A DNA stretch of 61,954 bases, counting the filler, from Squatina squatina (taxonomy: Eukaryota): the NCBI GenBank assembly GCA_031763465.1. It is 3 parts of 3 records of this genome, joined end to end, with 100 filler letters (N's around TTAATTAATTAA, not from the genome) between each part and the next. Parts side by side here need not be neighbours in the genome. Positions count along the whole stretch, not along the records: positions 34,717 to 61,954 come from JARFOE010000219.1; 2 more parts are not named here. One strand, written 5' to 3'. Within the stretch, counting starts at the first letter, position 1. The number at the start of each line of letters is the position of its first letter. The translations under genes and the position numbers were made by a program. This document shows positions 38,424 to 51,075 of this stretch, one piece after another. A model generated the notes under the pieces. It searched no databases. It worked only from the letters and a program-made list of their open reading frames with translations, and had not been told where the DNA came from.

Positions 38424-39469
38424 CTGTAGGTCCCGGTGTACAATTCAAGAATTTGGACCCGAATTTTAGACTCACAGTTTGAGGGTCGGCTTATGCAAAG
38501 GTTATCACATGTGAAGCTCAAAGTTTCAACCGATAAGCAGTTTCCTCGAATCCTGTGGGTGAGCATCATCTGGGATTAGTGCGATCCCAAAAAGACAAGT
38601 ATGAAAACCCCTTTCATATGGCCAAACCACGTCAAATAAAACAGTTTTGTACGCATATGACATGTGAGAATTTTGTTGAATGTTAATATGTTGCAAAATT
38701 AAACCTTAATACAAATAACTGGAGGATTTTGAGAACATTTTTGTATGCATTTTTCATGATTTTTGTTGATTACATAGGACCGTGCTTGGATCATAAAAAT
38801 CATTAGCAAGTAATGAAGCTAGAAAGCACAGTTTTTGCACAAAAATGTTTATATAAAATCCATCGAATTCTTCCTCATTTTCTGAATCGTCGAACAACAT
38901 ATCTCAGTCACCAGCAGTAACCATGTCGTCACATGGATCACATTCACACTCTCTGCGGTTGTTTGTATGGGCTGCCACATCATCGTCTATCTCCTCTTCC
39001 CACAATATATCGTCCTGGGTACCATCCATGGCATTGTTTATACTGCACTTTTTAAATGATTTTATCTCACAATCTGTCTTTAGTTCGTCCCACAATTTCA
39101 CAACCCATTCACACACTGTTGATAATGATGCAGTACGCATATTCCCGGCAGTGGTGAGTGATTGAGTAGAGACCAGTAGAGACTTCTCTTCCAATAGACC
39201 TCCTGGACGTCGACTCCACACATTTTTGATCCACTTAATACAGCCATCTTTGTTCTTCCAGTTTTTCTCTTGTACGTGCACTACAAGACCAGGAGGAAAC
39301 TTTTCTTTCTTGGGGAATGTCTTCCCTTTGAAGAATACTATTGGCGCTAGTTTAGTCCCGTTGACCATACATGCCAGCACTACTGTGAAATGTTGTTTCT
39401 CGTGGCCAGATGTTTTCACCAATACTGTATTCTGCCCCTTTTGATTCACAGTGCAATTGCCAACAACAT
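38424..39469 (-). mobile_element. pogo-superfamily (Passer/POGK-like) DNA transposon, 3' half with DDE_1 transposase remnant
   Basis: KTSGHEKQHFTVVLACMVNGTKLAPIVFFKGK..WIKNVWSRRPGG..SFKKCSINNAMDGTQDDILW; terminus TA|CTGTAGGTCCCGGTGTA..GGTCGGCTTAT is typical of this family's TIR/subterminal repeats. Confidence 0.88.
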
Positions 39470-40080
39470 NNNNNNNNNNNNNNNNNNNNNNNNNNNNNNN
39501 NNNNNNNNNNNNNNNNNNNNNNNNNNNNNNNNNNNNNNNNNNNNNNNNNNNNNNNNNNNNNNNNNNNNNNNNNNNNNNNNNNNNNNNNNNNNNNNNNNNN
39601 NNNNNNNNNNNNNNNNNNNNNNNNNNNNNNNNNNNNNNNNNNNNNNNNNNNNNNNNNNNNNNNNNNNNNNNNNNNNNNNNNNNNNNNNNNNNNNNNNNNN
39701 NNNNNNNNNNNNNNNNNNNNNNNNNNNNNNNNNNNNNNNNNNNNNNNNNNNNNNNNNNNNNNNNNNNNNNNNNNNNNNNNNNNNNNNNNNNNNNNNNNNN
39801 NNNNNNNNNNNNNNNNNNNNNNNNNNNNNNNNNNNNNNNNNNNNNNNNNNNNNNNNNNNNNNNNNNNNNNNNNNNNNNNNNNNNNNNNNNNNNNNNNNNN
39901 NNNNNNNNNNNNNNNNNNNNNNNNNNNNNNNNNNNNNNNNNNNNNNNNNNNNNNNNNNNNNNNNNNNNNNNNNNNNNNNNNNNNNNNNNNNNNNNNNNNN
40001 NNNNNNNNNNNNNNNNNNNNNNNNNNNNNNNNNNNNNNNNNNNNNNNNNNNNNNNNNNNNNNNNNNNNNNNNNNNNNNNN

Positions 40081-40290
40081 GCGAGTCAGGACAATCTAGT
40101 CTCTCATTCCTGGTAACATCCTATTGAATCTGTGTTGCGTCTTTACGATTACTTTTATCTCCTTTTACTTGTGGGGTGCCCAAACTTGCACACAATATTC
40201 CAACTGTGCTCTAACTAGGTTCTTATCTATTCAGCATTATTTCCTTCCTTTTGTATTCCACACCTCTAGATACAAAACCAAGGGCTGTTT
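40081..40290 (-). mobile_element. CR1 fragment
   Basis: Minus LVRAQLEYCVQVWAP motif. Confidence 0.7.
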
Positions 40291-41531
40291 TTTTTATGGC
40301 GATAGAATTTAATTATTTTCTTTAAAAAGCATTCCTGTGGAGCCAGGAGGAACAGGAGTGCTTCCTCGTCTCCACAGTCCTCGCAATCCCCCCACCCCGC
40401 TTGCCTGCTCTAACCACGCACAANNNNNNNNNNGCACAACCTTCTGCCACCCCACACCATCTTGGGGCCGCTGCAAGCTAGATGACAGCTCCACTCATTG
40501 GAGACAAATCTCACAGAGGGGTCTACAAGTGGGCATTAGCCTCCTCATTAACATACGCAAGGCGCCTAACATCTGTTTTAGGTGGGCGCCTACAAAATGG
40601 GCCTGATGAATTCAGCAGTGGCCTGAATGTAGGCGCAGATTGGGCGTCAGCCATTTCACATCCCAACTCAGTTAGCACTGTGACCGTTACATGCCTGAAA
40701 AATGGGTACAACACCTACCAATTTCTACCTGCTAATGCCCTTTTCAGTTTTCTTGCTGAAACAGCACCACAAAGGATAGTTTCATAAATCTGCCAGGGCA
40801 AATCCAGGGGTGGTACACATGCTTGTGTTAATCTATTTAAAATAAAACATTATAATGAATAACATTCCCACAAGGACAAGGGATAGCTAGGTTGGCAAAC
40901 CAGAGCAGCAACACCCACAGTTTGATACAAATATTAGTGATCAATCATAAACAAAAGGATACGTGTTGAGAATACTATGAAGAATGCACTGTATCAAAGT
41001 TTTCAGCAGTGCGCAGGCTACATTAGTTAGAGTTCCAGTGCACCATAGCAAGCCCTCAAGGCATCTACAATGATGTACAAACTGTAATCTAAAATATTGA
41101 CTTTATTTGGTAAATAAACCCACGAATCCTGTTCAAAGTGAACAGTACTTGATAAATGAGTACTGTAAATGAAAGAGCCCAGAGGCCAAAGTATGGGTGT
41201 GACGGAGTTTGTTTGCTGTGACATCCTTCAGCTGAGGCTGTGCTCACTGTTCTTCCATTAGCATCAAGCAGTAAGAGTAACTTTTTTGAGTTCATGTTCC
41301 TGGAGAATGGCTTCAGGAATTAACATTAATGGACTAAAAATCCTGTGGGACCCAATGACCTCTGTACCCGAATTTTTGACTTGCGCTCTCTGCAGATGAA
41401 GCTCTGTGTCAAGAGGTGAAACCTGCCAGTTGTACATTCTATTATATGCTGTACACCAAGCCGCCACCTAAACAAACCTCAAGCAATTCAGTGCAGTCCA
41501 CTCATTAATGGAGGTAAGAGTTGATTTTTGT

Positions 41532-41716
41532 GGGTAGTTTTAACTTCCGGTGATGGCGTAAAGCGGATAATATTGGATTGGTCGCCTGTTATACACCATG
41601 CCCGGTTTCCCTTTGCGTTGAAGTCAATGGGAAGGATAACTGGTCGGTTTTATAATTTGTGGCCAATCCGACATTGCATGATTCACGCCACCACCAGGAG
41701 TTAAAGGTGCATCCCC
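41532..41716. mobile_element. Fold-back (fully palindromic) MITE
   Basis: Paired arms TTTAACTTCCGGTGATGGCGT/ACGCCACCACCAGGAGTTAAA, GGATTGGTCGC/GTGGCCAATCC and TTATACACC/GGTTTTATAA around a TTGAAGTCAA centre. Confidence 0.75.
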
Positions 41717-42050
41717 TTTAAATTTGGGGGGCTGACTGGCAGAGCGAGCGGGCCATTTTAAGGTTCGGGCCTCATTTAAATACAGCCAACGGGCATCCCG
41801 ACGCAGCTCGCCGTATTTGGCGCAACATCAAGCGACCAGCCGGTAGCAAGTTACTCTTTTGGGTAAAAACAGGTGTGAACAATAAAACAAATTATATTAC
41901 ATACAACAATAATTTAAACAAAACCCCAGTGCTCAAATTAAAATCCCATCGTCCCCGGTGAGGATGCACTCCAGCCCCCCCGGCGCCCACCGGTCGCGGA
42001 AGGCCGCGAGAGCGCCGGCGATACAATTCGAGTTGCTGATACTAATAAAG

Positions 42051-42495
42051 GTGTCAGCTGTGCCTCAGTGGGTCGTTCTCTCAGTTCAATCAGAAACTTG
42101 TGGGTTCAAGTCCCACTCCAAAGACTTGAGCATATAATCCAGGATGACACTCGTGGTGCAGTGCTGAGGGAGTGCTGCACTGTCTGAGGTGCCGTCTTTT
42201 GGATGAGACGTTAAACAGAGGTCCCGTCTGCTCTCTCAGGTGGACATAAATATCCTGCGGCACTATTTCGAAGAGCGCTGGAGTTGTCGCCAGTGTCCTG
42301 CTCAATATTTATCCCTCAACCGACGTAATTAAAAGCAGATTGTCTGGTCATCATCACATTGCTGTTTGTGGGACCTTGCACAAATTAGCCACACGTTTCA
42401 TACGTTACAACAGTGGCTACACTTCAGAAATGCTGTGAAACGCTTTGGGACATCCTGAGGTTATGAAAGGTGCTATAGAAATGCAAGTTCTTTCT
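42051..42495 (+). mobile_element. Full-length Deu-domain tRNA-SINE
   Basis: B-box GGTTCAAGTCC; Deu core GCCGTCTTTTGGATGAGACGTTAAACAGAGGTCCCGTCTG; L2-like tail. Confidence 0.88.
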
Positions 42496-44617
42496 ATTAC
42501 AATTTTATCATTGGCTAGATAAACAAAGCAAGATCTCTAGCTCAAGCATCTCAATCACTAGTACTCCAGGCAGCTCACATATCAGTGTTCTATGAAGCTC
42601 ACCATTACAGGCCTTACAGCTGGGTAAATGACCCAGGCACATCCAAGGGGCATTCAAAGAGCTAGATTTTTAAAAAATATATAATTTTAAGTGCAAGAGT
42701 AGCAGAGGACACACAGCACGAGATGGGGCTGCGCCCATCATAGTTTAGGGATAAATCACAGGAGGATAGACAGCATTAATTGAGAAAAATTCAAATGCTT
42801 TTCTTATATGCAACATCCAGCTCAGAAAGGTTGCAGTGTCTGCTCATAACTCATTTCCCTCAGTAAACTTATTCAACTTAAAATTTGCATCCCATGGCTC
42901 GACATAAGTCAGCTGGGACAAGCTACCGAAAGAAAAAACTTGCATTTATATAGTGCCTTTGGAGATCGTGGGACATCCCAAAGCCATTCACAGCCAATGA
43001 AGTACTTTTTTTGAAGTGTGTCACTGTTGTCATGTAGGAAACGCGGCAACCAATTTNNNNNNNNNNNNNNNNNNNNNNNNNNNNNNNNNNNNNNNNNNNN
43101 NNNNNNNNNNNNNNNNNNNNNNNNNNNNNNNNNNNNNNNNNNNNNNNNNNNNNNNNCAACATCGTGGGCCGAAGGGCCTGTTATGTGCTGTATTTTCTAT
43201 GTTCTATCTATGAATGTGTCCTTTATGAAGTGCTGACAGCGTCTCTGTCAGTCTGCTGCATGCTCGCTTTTCAGAACGAGCTGAAGACCCAGCACTCAAC
43301 TCAGCGCAAAGGTCCAAGTTTGCAGAGCGTGGCATTAAGTCGGCATGACACACTCTCCATATTTGCATCTCCAGGGCCAGCGCTGCTATCGACAGCCCCA
43401 TGGCCCGCACCACAATGGCAGCCGCTGAATACTGCGCCAGAGGCAGGCGTTAGAGTAGCGGCCACCATTTCTTTCAGGATTCTGGCGCCATCAGGTAGCG
43501 GTAAGTAGCTCTCAATCTACATCAATAAAAACAGATTATCTGGCCATTATCACATTGCTGTTTATGGGAGCTTGCTGTGCGCAAATTGGCTGCCATGTTT
43601 CCTACATTACAACAGTGACTATACTTCAAAAAGTACTTCATTGGCTGCAAAGCGCTTTGGGACATCATGAGATTATGAAAGGTGCTATATAAATGCAAGT
43701 CATTCTATTTTTTAAATTGACACGTTTTATAAATATCAATAGTTTCTTAAATAGGTTACGATATATGTGAGCATTGCTGTATTAAAAATAAATTGGTATG
43801 AGCACCATATAATGACCTTCCTATTCATTTTTGTCAAAGTCAGCATGTAATCTGTCACAACAGCTTGTACCCCACTATTTTCATGTGTATGGTTAGACAG
43901 CAGGCAGTCATTTTTAATACATTTCCATTTTAATTGAATCCATTCATTATAACAAATTGCTGTATGAATTCAGAAGGAAACCAGACAGAAGGCTAATTGT
44001 TTAGCTGTTGTCTCCCAACAGAAAGTATTGCAGCTGTGACAGCCGCAAAAAAATGTCATCCTTTATTTCAATTCCTTTCAGAATGAATGGCTTTCTTTAT
44101 TACCTTATTCTTTTTGTCCTTCAACTTTGTTTGTTCCCCATTCAGTAGTGATGCAAATGGCCAACATCAGTTCAAATGTTTGTCAAAGAGGATTGCCATG
44201 CACACAACCAGAAAATGCATTTAATACCAAGATGGATGATGTGACATAAGAGGAAAATAGTCAATGTTACTTTTAATGCATCACGTCAAAGCAAAACCTT
44301 TCACGACCATGACAAGAGTTATTCCACTGTATTCATTTGATTACTAATGCAAATTGCTGTACAGAAGAAAAATTGCATGCAGTTGTGGTACAATTTATTT
44401 TCCAGCATTTGATATGCCATTTGTCTATTAATTGGTATTCTTGCTTCGATACAACAGCTCTGACTCTATGCAAAATTCCTCGTCACCTTTGGATAGAAAC
44501 TGTGCTTGGACCATAGAGATCTCCTGAGGACAGTTAAAACCAACATATGGCCTCCTATTGGAGTCTGTAATGAACAAATTCAAACCTTGATAAGTACATG
44601 CAAAACCTCTGATTAGT

Positions 44618-44688
44618 CTGATGGACAGACTAGATGCAGGAGGGATGTTCCCGATGGTGGGGAAGTCCAGAACCAGGAGTCACAGCCT
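44618..44688 (+). mobile_element. CR1 fragment
   Basis: DRLDAGGMFPMVGKSRTRSHS. Confidence 0.75.
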
Positions 44689-45312
44689 NNNNNNNNNNNN
44701 NNNNNNNNNNNNNNNNNNNNNNNNNNNNNNNNNNNNNNNNNNNNNNNNNNNNNNNNNNNNNNNNNNNNNNNNNNNNNNNNNNNNNNNNGGTGTTGACATC
44801 TTCAGCCACCTCCCTTCAGAGTCTGCTGCAGAGTCAGTCTGGGTACCCTCCTACCATTTAAGAAGCTTTAAAGTACCTCTTGCTGGAAGTTAAAAGATGG
44901 TCTCTAGTCATTTTTCTACAATGATAGCACATATTTATATTAAATCTGTTTGGCCAGCAGCTGAATGTAATAGATTACACTCATAGAAATGTTCCTAAAA
45001 TCTATAGCAAGAAATTATTCAGTTTACTTCACTGCTAAATCTGTGTCTGCATTTCACTTATAAATAACTAAAGCTGAGAAGACACTCTGTATAACTACTT
45101 CCACTGAGTGACAGCTTTTATGATTTGTAGCTCATTTGAGACCTTAACGCAGTTTGGACTGAGGTCCAATGAGATGTAACTATTCAAATGAATCTAAATT
45201 ATGCTTAGGTTCTGAAGTTGGAATAATGACCTCATTTGGTGGCAATGTAAACTAGAGCATATAGTAGGGAAAGCAGAGGCAATCTTTTCTAGTTTCAATC
45301 CTATTTATTCAA

Positions 45313-45441
45313 GTGTCAGCCTTGGCTCAGGACTAGCTTTCTTGACTGAGTCATGAAAGTCATGGGTTCCAAATCTCATTCCAGACACCTCACCATACAA
45401 TCCAGGTTGACACTTCAGTGTTGCGCTGTTGGAAGTGTCGT
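45313..45441 (+). mobile_element. DeuSINE 5' head, truncated by a Vingi insertion
   Basis: GTGTCAGCCTTGGCTCAG..GGTTCCAAATC..CCAGGTTGACACTTCAGTG..GTGTCGTCTT matches the head of 42051. Confidence 0.65.
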
Positions 45442-45731
45442 CTTCTTTCATATGGTGGTAGTAGCAAAGCAAATCAAATGTCAATATCTAAGTTGGATAT
45501 CCAGACCAAAGCTTCTGCTGTATCAGCGTGGATATCCTGTAGACTGCCTGCGAATTTCCTCTTGAGGGCAGTGCTCAATGATGTGCAACAGGGTCTGATT
45601 CGGAACTCCACAGTCGCATGATGGGGATGCTTTAATCTTCCACCTATGGAGCAGGTGGCAGCATCTGCCACGACCAGTTCTGAGCCGGTTAATGGTTATC
45701 CACTGTTTGCGAGGAAGGTTTGATCCTTCAG
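45442..45731 (-). mobile_element. Vingi/Ingi-clade non-LTR retrotransposon 3' end
   Basis: LPRKQWITINRLRTGRGRC..WKIKASPSCDCGVPNQTLLHIIEHCP (CxC..H...C zinc knuckle); W..LDIDI* end; tail CCATATGAAAGAAGA. Confidence 0.75.
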
Positions 45732-46849
45732 NNNNNNNNNNNNNNNNNNNNNNNNNNNNNNNNNNNNNNNNNNNNNNNNNNNNNNNNNNNNNNNNNNNNN
45801 NNNNNNNNNNNNNNNNNNNNNNNNNNNNNNNTGGAAAAAAAGGACGAAGTGTGCGCCCAGTGACTTTAAACAGTGCTGTACAGTGATTTTTTGGGGTGTG
45901 TGAAACTGTTGGAATGTGTGCCATAAAGCTAGTGCTGGGAATGGGAGTATTACCGGGAGAAAACTATTCCTTCAGCAACAAACTGTTAACCTAATGTAGG
46001 AAGTACACTATAACCTATTATGGGCTCGACAGATTGTTTAATCTCCTGAGTGAAAGTTCTGCAAAGTTTCTCTCTGGCCCCAAAGGTAATTGAGCGAAAC
46101 TCTGGAATCTCAATTTAACCTTGCAACCTACATTATTCATTTTTGATTGGTTTCTTTCCTTGCATATGAGATTTCCATGGTTTCATTGTTTCCATAGAAT
46201 ATTTCATCATTTTTATCTATACCTCTTCCCAGACCCTTCAGTCCCACTCCTAATCAGATACTTATCCAGTTTTTTAAATGAGTTAATCGACACAGTATTA
46301 ACAGCTTTTGTCACATGTCTGCTCCACATATCTACTACACTGTGGGAAAACTAATTTCTTCTTATCGCAAGTCTGACTTGAGGCTAGCAAATTTTGTAGT
46401 CAAGCCCTCCACTTCTGCTCTCGCAGCACAACTTAAATAGCCTGCTTTACATCTCCAATATCCATGCCTCTAACTATTTTAAAGAGCTGGATCTTATCCC
46501 TTCTTACTTGTCTTTTTCCGATGAAAAGTTCAGCCCTGTGAGTCTCTTTTCAAAGTCTGAAAGCCTATAATCATCCTTGTTACTCTTTTCTGAACCCTGG
46601 CCAGCTATCTTTTGAAGGCAGGATGCATATAATATAAGCAATACACAAATGTGATTATCATATTTTGTTGTGCAACATGTCACGATTTAATTAATACATT
46701 TTTGTAGGAATGTGAATGTTGTATTGGCTCTTATTTAAGCATTGTTGAGAAAGAGGACCATGTGATGGTGAGTGACAAAGGAAAGGCAAGGAATGTGGGC
46801 CTGTTGGTGAATGGGGAATAGTGGTTGAGTTTACTCGTTTCGCTTATTA

Positions 46850-47647
46850 ATTATTTGAACACGTGCAGAAAGAGGCTGACTATGTTACAGCCAACCTTCC
46901 ACTTCCTAGTCCTCCTCTTGCTGTTCCTGCACTTCTGGTTTCTCTATCTACTCCTCCTCCGCTTCCTGACCCTCCTTCTCGGCGTGCGCCTGCAACTAGC
47001 CTTCTCCCCTGATCCGTGGGGTCAATGGCTGCTCCCTCACAATGGTAAGGTTGTGCAGCATGCCACATAGCACCACAAACATTGAGTCCTGCTCCAGAGC
47101 AGTCCAAGCAGCGGAAGCGTTACTTGAGGATGCCAATGGTATGCTCTATAATATTCTTTGTGGCAGCGTGACTCTCATTGTATGCCTGCTGTGCACTTTT
47201 TCGTGGGTTCAGGTCCGGAGTCATCAGCCAGGTTATGTGTGCATAACCCCTGTCGCCCAGCTTCCACCCTCTGATTTGCCATGGTGGGTGAAATACAGCT
47301 CTCACATTGGACTGCCAGATCATGAAAGTATCGTGAATATTGCCTGGATACTGGGCATTGACCTGGATGCTGTGTGGCCGTGGCCGAACATCAATTTTAC
47401 ACTGAGAGAGTCGAATACTTTACAATTTAGCAAAATTGCAGCAATGACATAAGGCACGTACACAGCACTGTGCATGCAGTAAATGCCACCCTACACCTTG
47501 GCAAAGCCTGAAATCCAAGAAAACCATCGTGTTCAGTCTGCCAGCTTGTCTCTGATGAGGGAATGAGATGAACCTCTCTTTGTGTAGAGAGCCGCAGAGT
47601 CCTCCAGTATAACAACAGTGAGCTGAAAACTGCGAGATGTTGCTTAT
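46850..47647 (-). mobile_element. PIF/Harbinger (HARBI1-like) DDE transposase pseudogene
   Basis: VNAQYPGNIHDTF, GWKLGDRGY..WLMTP..QQAYNESHAATKNIIEHTIGILK*RFRCLD; frameshifts and stops. Confidence 0.9.
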
Positions 47648-48339
47648 NNNNNNNNNNNNNNNNNNNNNNNNNNNNNNNNNNNNNNNNNNNNNNNNNNNNN
47701 NNNNNNNNNNNNNNNNNNNNNNNNNNNNNNNNNNNNNNNNNNNNNNNTAACCAAAAATTTCTAAGACTAAACTTAACGCCCAACTATTCATCCGCTAGCG
47801 CCCAAAATTTAGGGCAATCGAATTGGGCGCCCATAAAGTTTTCAATGATATAAGTTAAAATGACCCCATGGGTTAACATCTGTAAACTTCTAAAAGTCAA
47901 TGGAAAAGAAAATGGGGTGGAATGTAAAATGGGCTGGCGATTTGCTATCGCCTGTTTTGCGTTACTGTCCAAGGTGAATTTCAACCCCTATGGTTTGACG
48001 GTCTACAGTAAAACAATTAATAAGTGTAAATTGAATTCAAAATAGTCTTACTCTTTGCTTTTATCCAATCTTTAATTGGCTGAAATACAAATAACCATTT
48101 TTTTTAGAAACTCTTGTTGAGCAATGTAAAGACTGTTAATTTTCATTGATAAGAGAAAGGTGCAGGGTTGCCCAGGGGATAACAATTGCATCTAATATTT
48201 CTAGTCTGTGATACTATTAAGGAAAGAAGGGAAAGATTTCCAAGTTCACAGCATTGAGGTGAGAAACTATTCCAGTCTAATTTTCATTCCCACAATATGA
48301 ATGCAGTGCCTATTACTTGTTATTAGATGGGGCAACAAG

Positions 48340-48700
48340 AGATGGTGGAGATGCACTGCAGTCAGAAGGAACTACTCTTGAGAGCTGATACAGTGCCCCA
48401 GGCACAGCTACCTGAGCATGCCGGAGGAGCAGTCCATCCTGAAGCTGACACTTGCTCACATCCTGGCATTTGCTCAGCGAGGACCTGCCGGTCCAGTCCA
48501 CTGTCAACATGGCACCGACGATGGCAGTGAAAAACACCACCACCCACCACCATTCTGACCCTGTGTGCTTCTGGGCACCCACAGTGACAAGCACAAGAGT
48601 AAGTTACGTCATCAAAGTCAGTCGTATGCTGTCCATTGCTACTTTAGGGTTGACACAGAAGCCCTTTTTTGCAGGCACACAGAAAATACAGTTCAGCAAA
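48340..48700 (+). mobile_element. Decayed Harbinger transposase N-terminal fragment
   Basis: PRHSYLSMPEEQSILKL..MAVK..SYAVHCYFRVDTEALF parallels the frame at 53050-53210. Confidence 0.55.
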
Positions 48701-50744
48701 CACCCTCAGCAATAGCAATGGCCAGTTTCAGTTTAACTGCATCGTTAACTTTTCCAATATGCAGGACATCATTTACTTCCCACATATAACCATTTGAGAG
48801 AGAAACAGAAGTCAAGGTGAGAGAGAGCGACATTGATGTGTAAAGGGAGGGGGAGAAGGGAGAAACAGAAGTGAACAAGAGGAGTGATAGAGCGCCAGAA
48901 ATGAAGGACCAAAACAAGATCTTTTTTTTTGCACAGTTACTGGTATCAATATCCTTACCTTAAGAAGCATGGGAGGCTTTGGGGACTTTTGGTTGGAGGC
49001 AGTGTGAAAAAAACCTGAAGTGTTGGGAACAGCCCAGAAAACATTTAATTAGCATCGGTCTAGTGTATTCTGTCAGCATGGTATGCAAATCAACTTGCGT
49101 TTTATTTATATATCATTAAGAGGCTAGAGTGTAGTGAGAGGATGAGCCTTGAAACATTTTCAAAATTGATTTTTTCACTTCTTATTTTAAAAGAGCAACA
49201 AGTGTGGTTACTTGTTCTGTCAATGGCATAGTTTGTTAATGTGTCACAGGGAGGTATCATGAGTTGCCTAATTTGTCTCCTACAACTCAGCCCATTTTCT
49301 CTGCTCTTCAGCTGGCATCTTCACCTCATAATCATAGTGGAACAATTGTAATTTGATTTTGATGAGCATAAGTTCCTCAACATGCTCCTGCTGTGCACAT
49401 AATCCATGCAGTTCAATGACACTGCCTGCAATATTAAATATGTGTTATGAAGGAATGTTAATAGAGGGCACAGTAGGTACTTGACAGGCATCTGAATAAC
49501 CATTAGCTACTTCGGTTGTGAGGCTTGTAATATGGAGGTGGGGTGTGGGGGCTCCATCCAATATTTTTTTCCACTCCTTGGGTAACGGATGAATATCTTT
49601 GCTACTGTGATGGTTCTGAAGATTGTCACTGCTAGAGGAGGTTGGGTTGAATAATCCAAATGTGCAGCATTAACCGCACNNNNNNNNNNNNNNNNNNNNN
49701 NNNNNNNNNNNNNNNNNNNNNNNNNNNNNNNNNNNNNNNNNNNNNNNNNNNNNNNNNNNNNNNNNNNNNNNNNNNNNNNCAACATTAACTGTGGAAGAGT
49801 TCGGAGAAGCCATTCCTGAAGCTTTGCCACTAGGATTCTGTGCTGACATCTTGGATGCTGCAGCTGCAGTAGCTCTTGTGTTCTCAACATAAGTATGTGG
49901 GTCCAACTTAAGCACTAGCTACTCCTGTGATGCTGCTGCGGTTATCTCTGAGGTTGCGGAGGATGGACACTGGCAATGGTATGGGTGAGCATCAAATTCA
50001 CTGGTCCGCAGTGGCTTTTGATCGCTACTGTGTCTGGGAACAAGAGGTGGGTTTTTCAGCATCTTATGAAGCAAACCTATGATATTGCATCTTTTTGGAC
50101 AAATATAGGCTTTGTGGAAGACTAAAATTGCCAATCGTAACAAGTAGCACCAAGCTATCTTGAGGATTCCTGTTCCTTTATTCATCTTTCCAGCCATATT
50201 TAGCCCAGGATAGATGAAATCTGATTACTATGACAAAGAGTTGAATATATGTAACTGAAGAGAATTTGCAAACTTCAAGAGCTGGGTGCACAACATCATG
50301 AGTAATCTTTATTGATGGTTATTGACTTTTTTTTTATAGTACTGAAGATAACACACCACTTGTCCAATTACTGTCCAAATCTGCCTTCAGTGATTTGATT
50401 TATGGCTGTCTTCCAGATGGGGAGTTAAGCATTTCACAGATGGTGGTGATATCAGCAAGGAGAACAATATTCCTTTTGATGACATTTACTAGGTACCTGA
50501 TGAAGACAAGAAACAAAAATTGGAACAAACATGCTTCCCTAGATAATGTAATAAGGAAATGTTCATTTATCATAATCTGTTTTTACCTTCTCTAAGGAAG
50601 TCCTGCATTTAATTCATCATATCANNNNNNNNNNNNNNNNNNNNNNNNNNNNNNNNNNNNNNNNNNNNNNNNNNNNNNNNNNNNNNNNNNNNNNNNNNNN
50701 NNNNNNNNNNNNNNNNNNNNNNNNTAAGTAGTTGTTGACCGCTT

Positions 50745-51075
50745 TAAATAGCACTGGTGGGGGTCGGGGGGGGTGGTGGGGTCTTTCCTGCCGCTGAACA
50801 TGTGTTCAGCTTTTCGAAGTTAAGAGAGGGCATTAGCTGGAGCACTGTGCTCCAAAATAGCAGTACTGGCATCAAATCACGCTGATTGACGTCATTACCT
50901 GCATGCTCTGCAGACCTATGGCGGGTCTTCACTGTGCGCACACTAAAGCCCTCACCAATATGGCGTCCGGCATGATTCGCCCCACATGTGTGCATGCGTG
51001 CCACTGATGCCATTTTGGAGCTCTAAGGGCACTTCTAGCACCCAAAAAAACGGTGCTACTGATCCGAATTTTGCA
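50745..51075. mobile_element. Harbinger-type MITE
   Basis: GATTGACGTCATT..CCAATATGGCG..GCCATTTTGG..CCGAATTTTGCACC end. Confidence 0.6.

Noticed and set aside
39390-40127. Long ORFs (221-245 aa) in the ORF track
   Set aside because: Almost entirely X from N runs; the same applies to most ORFs that span gaps.
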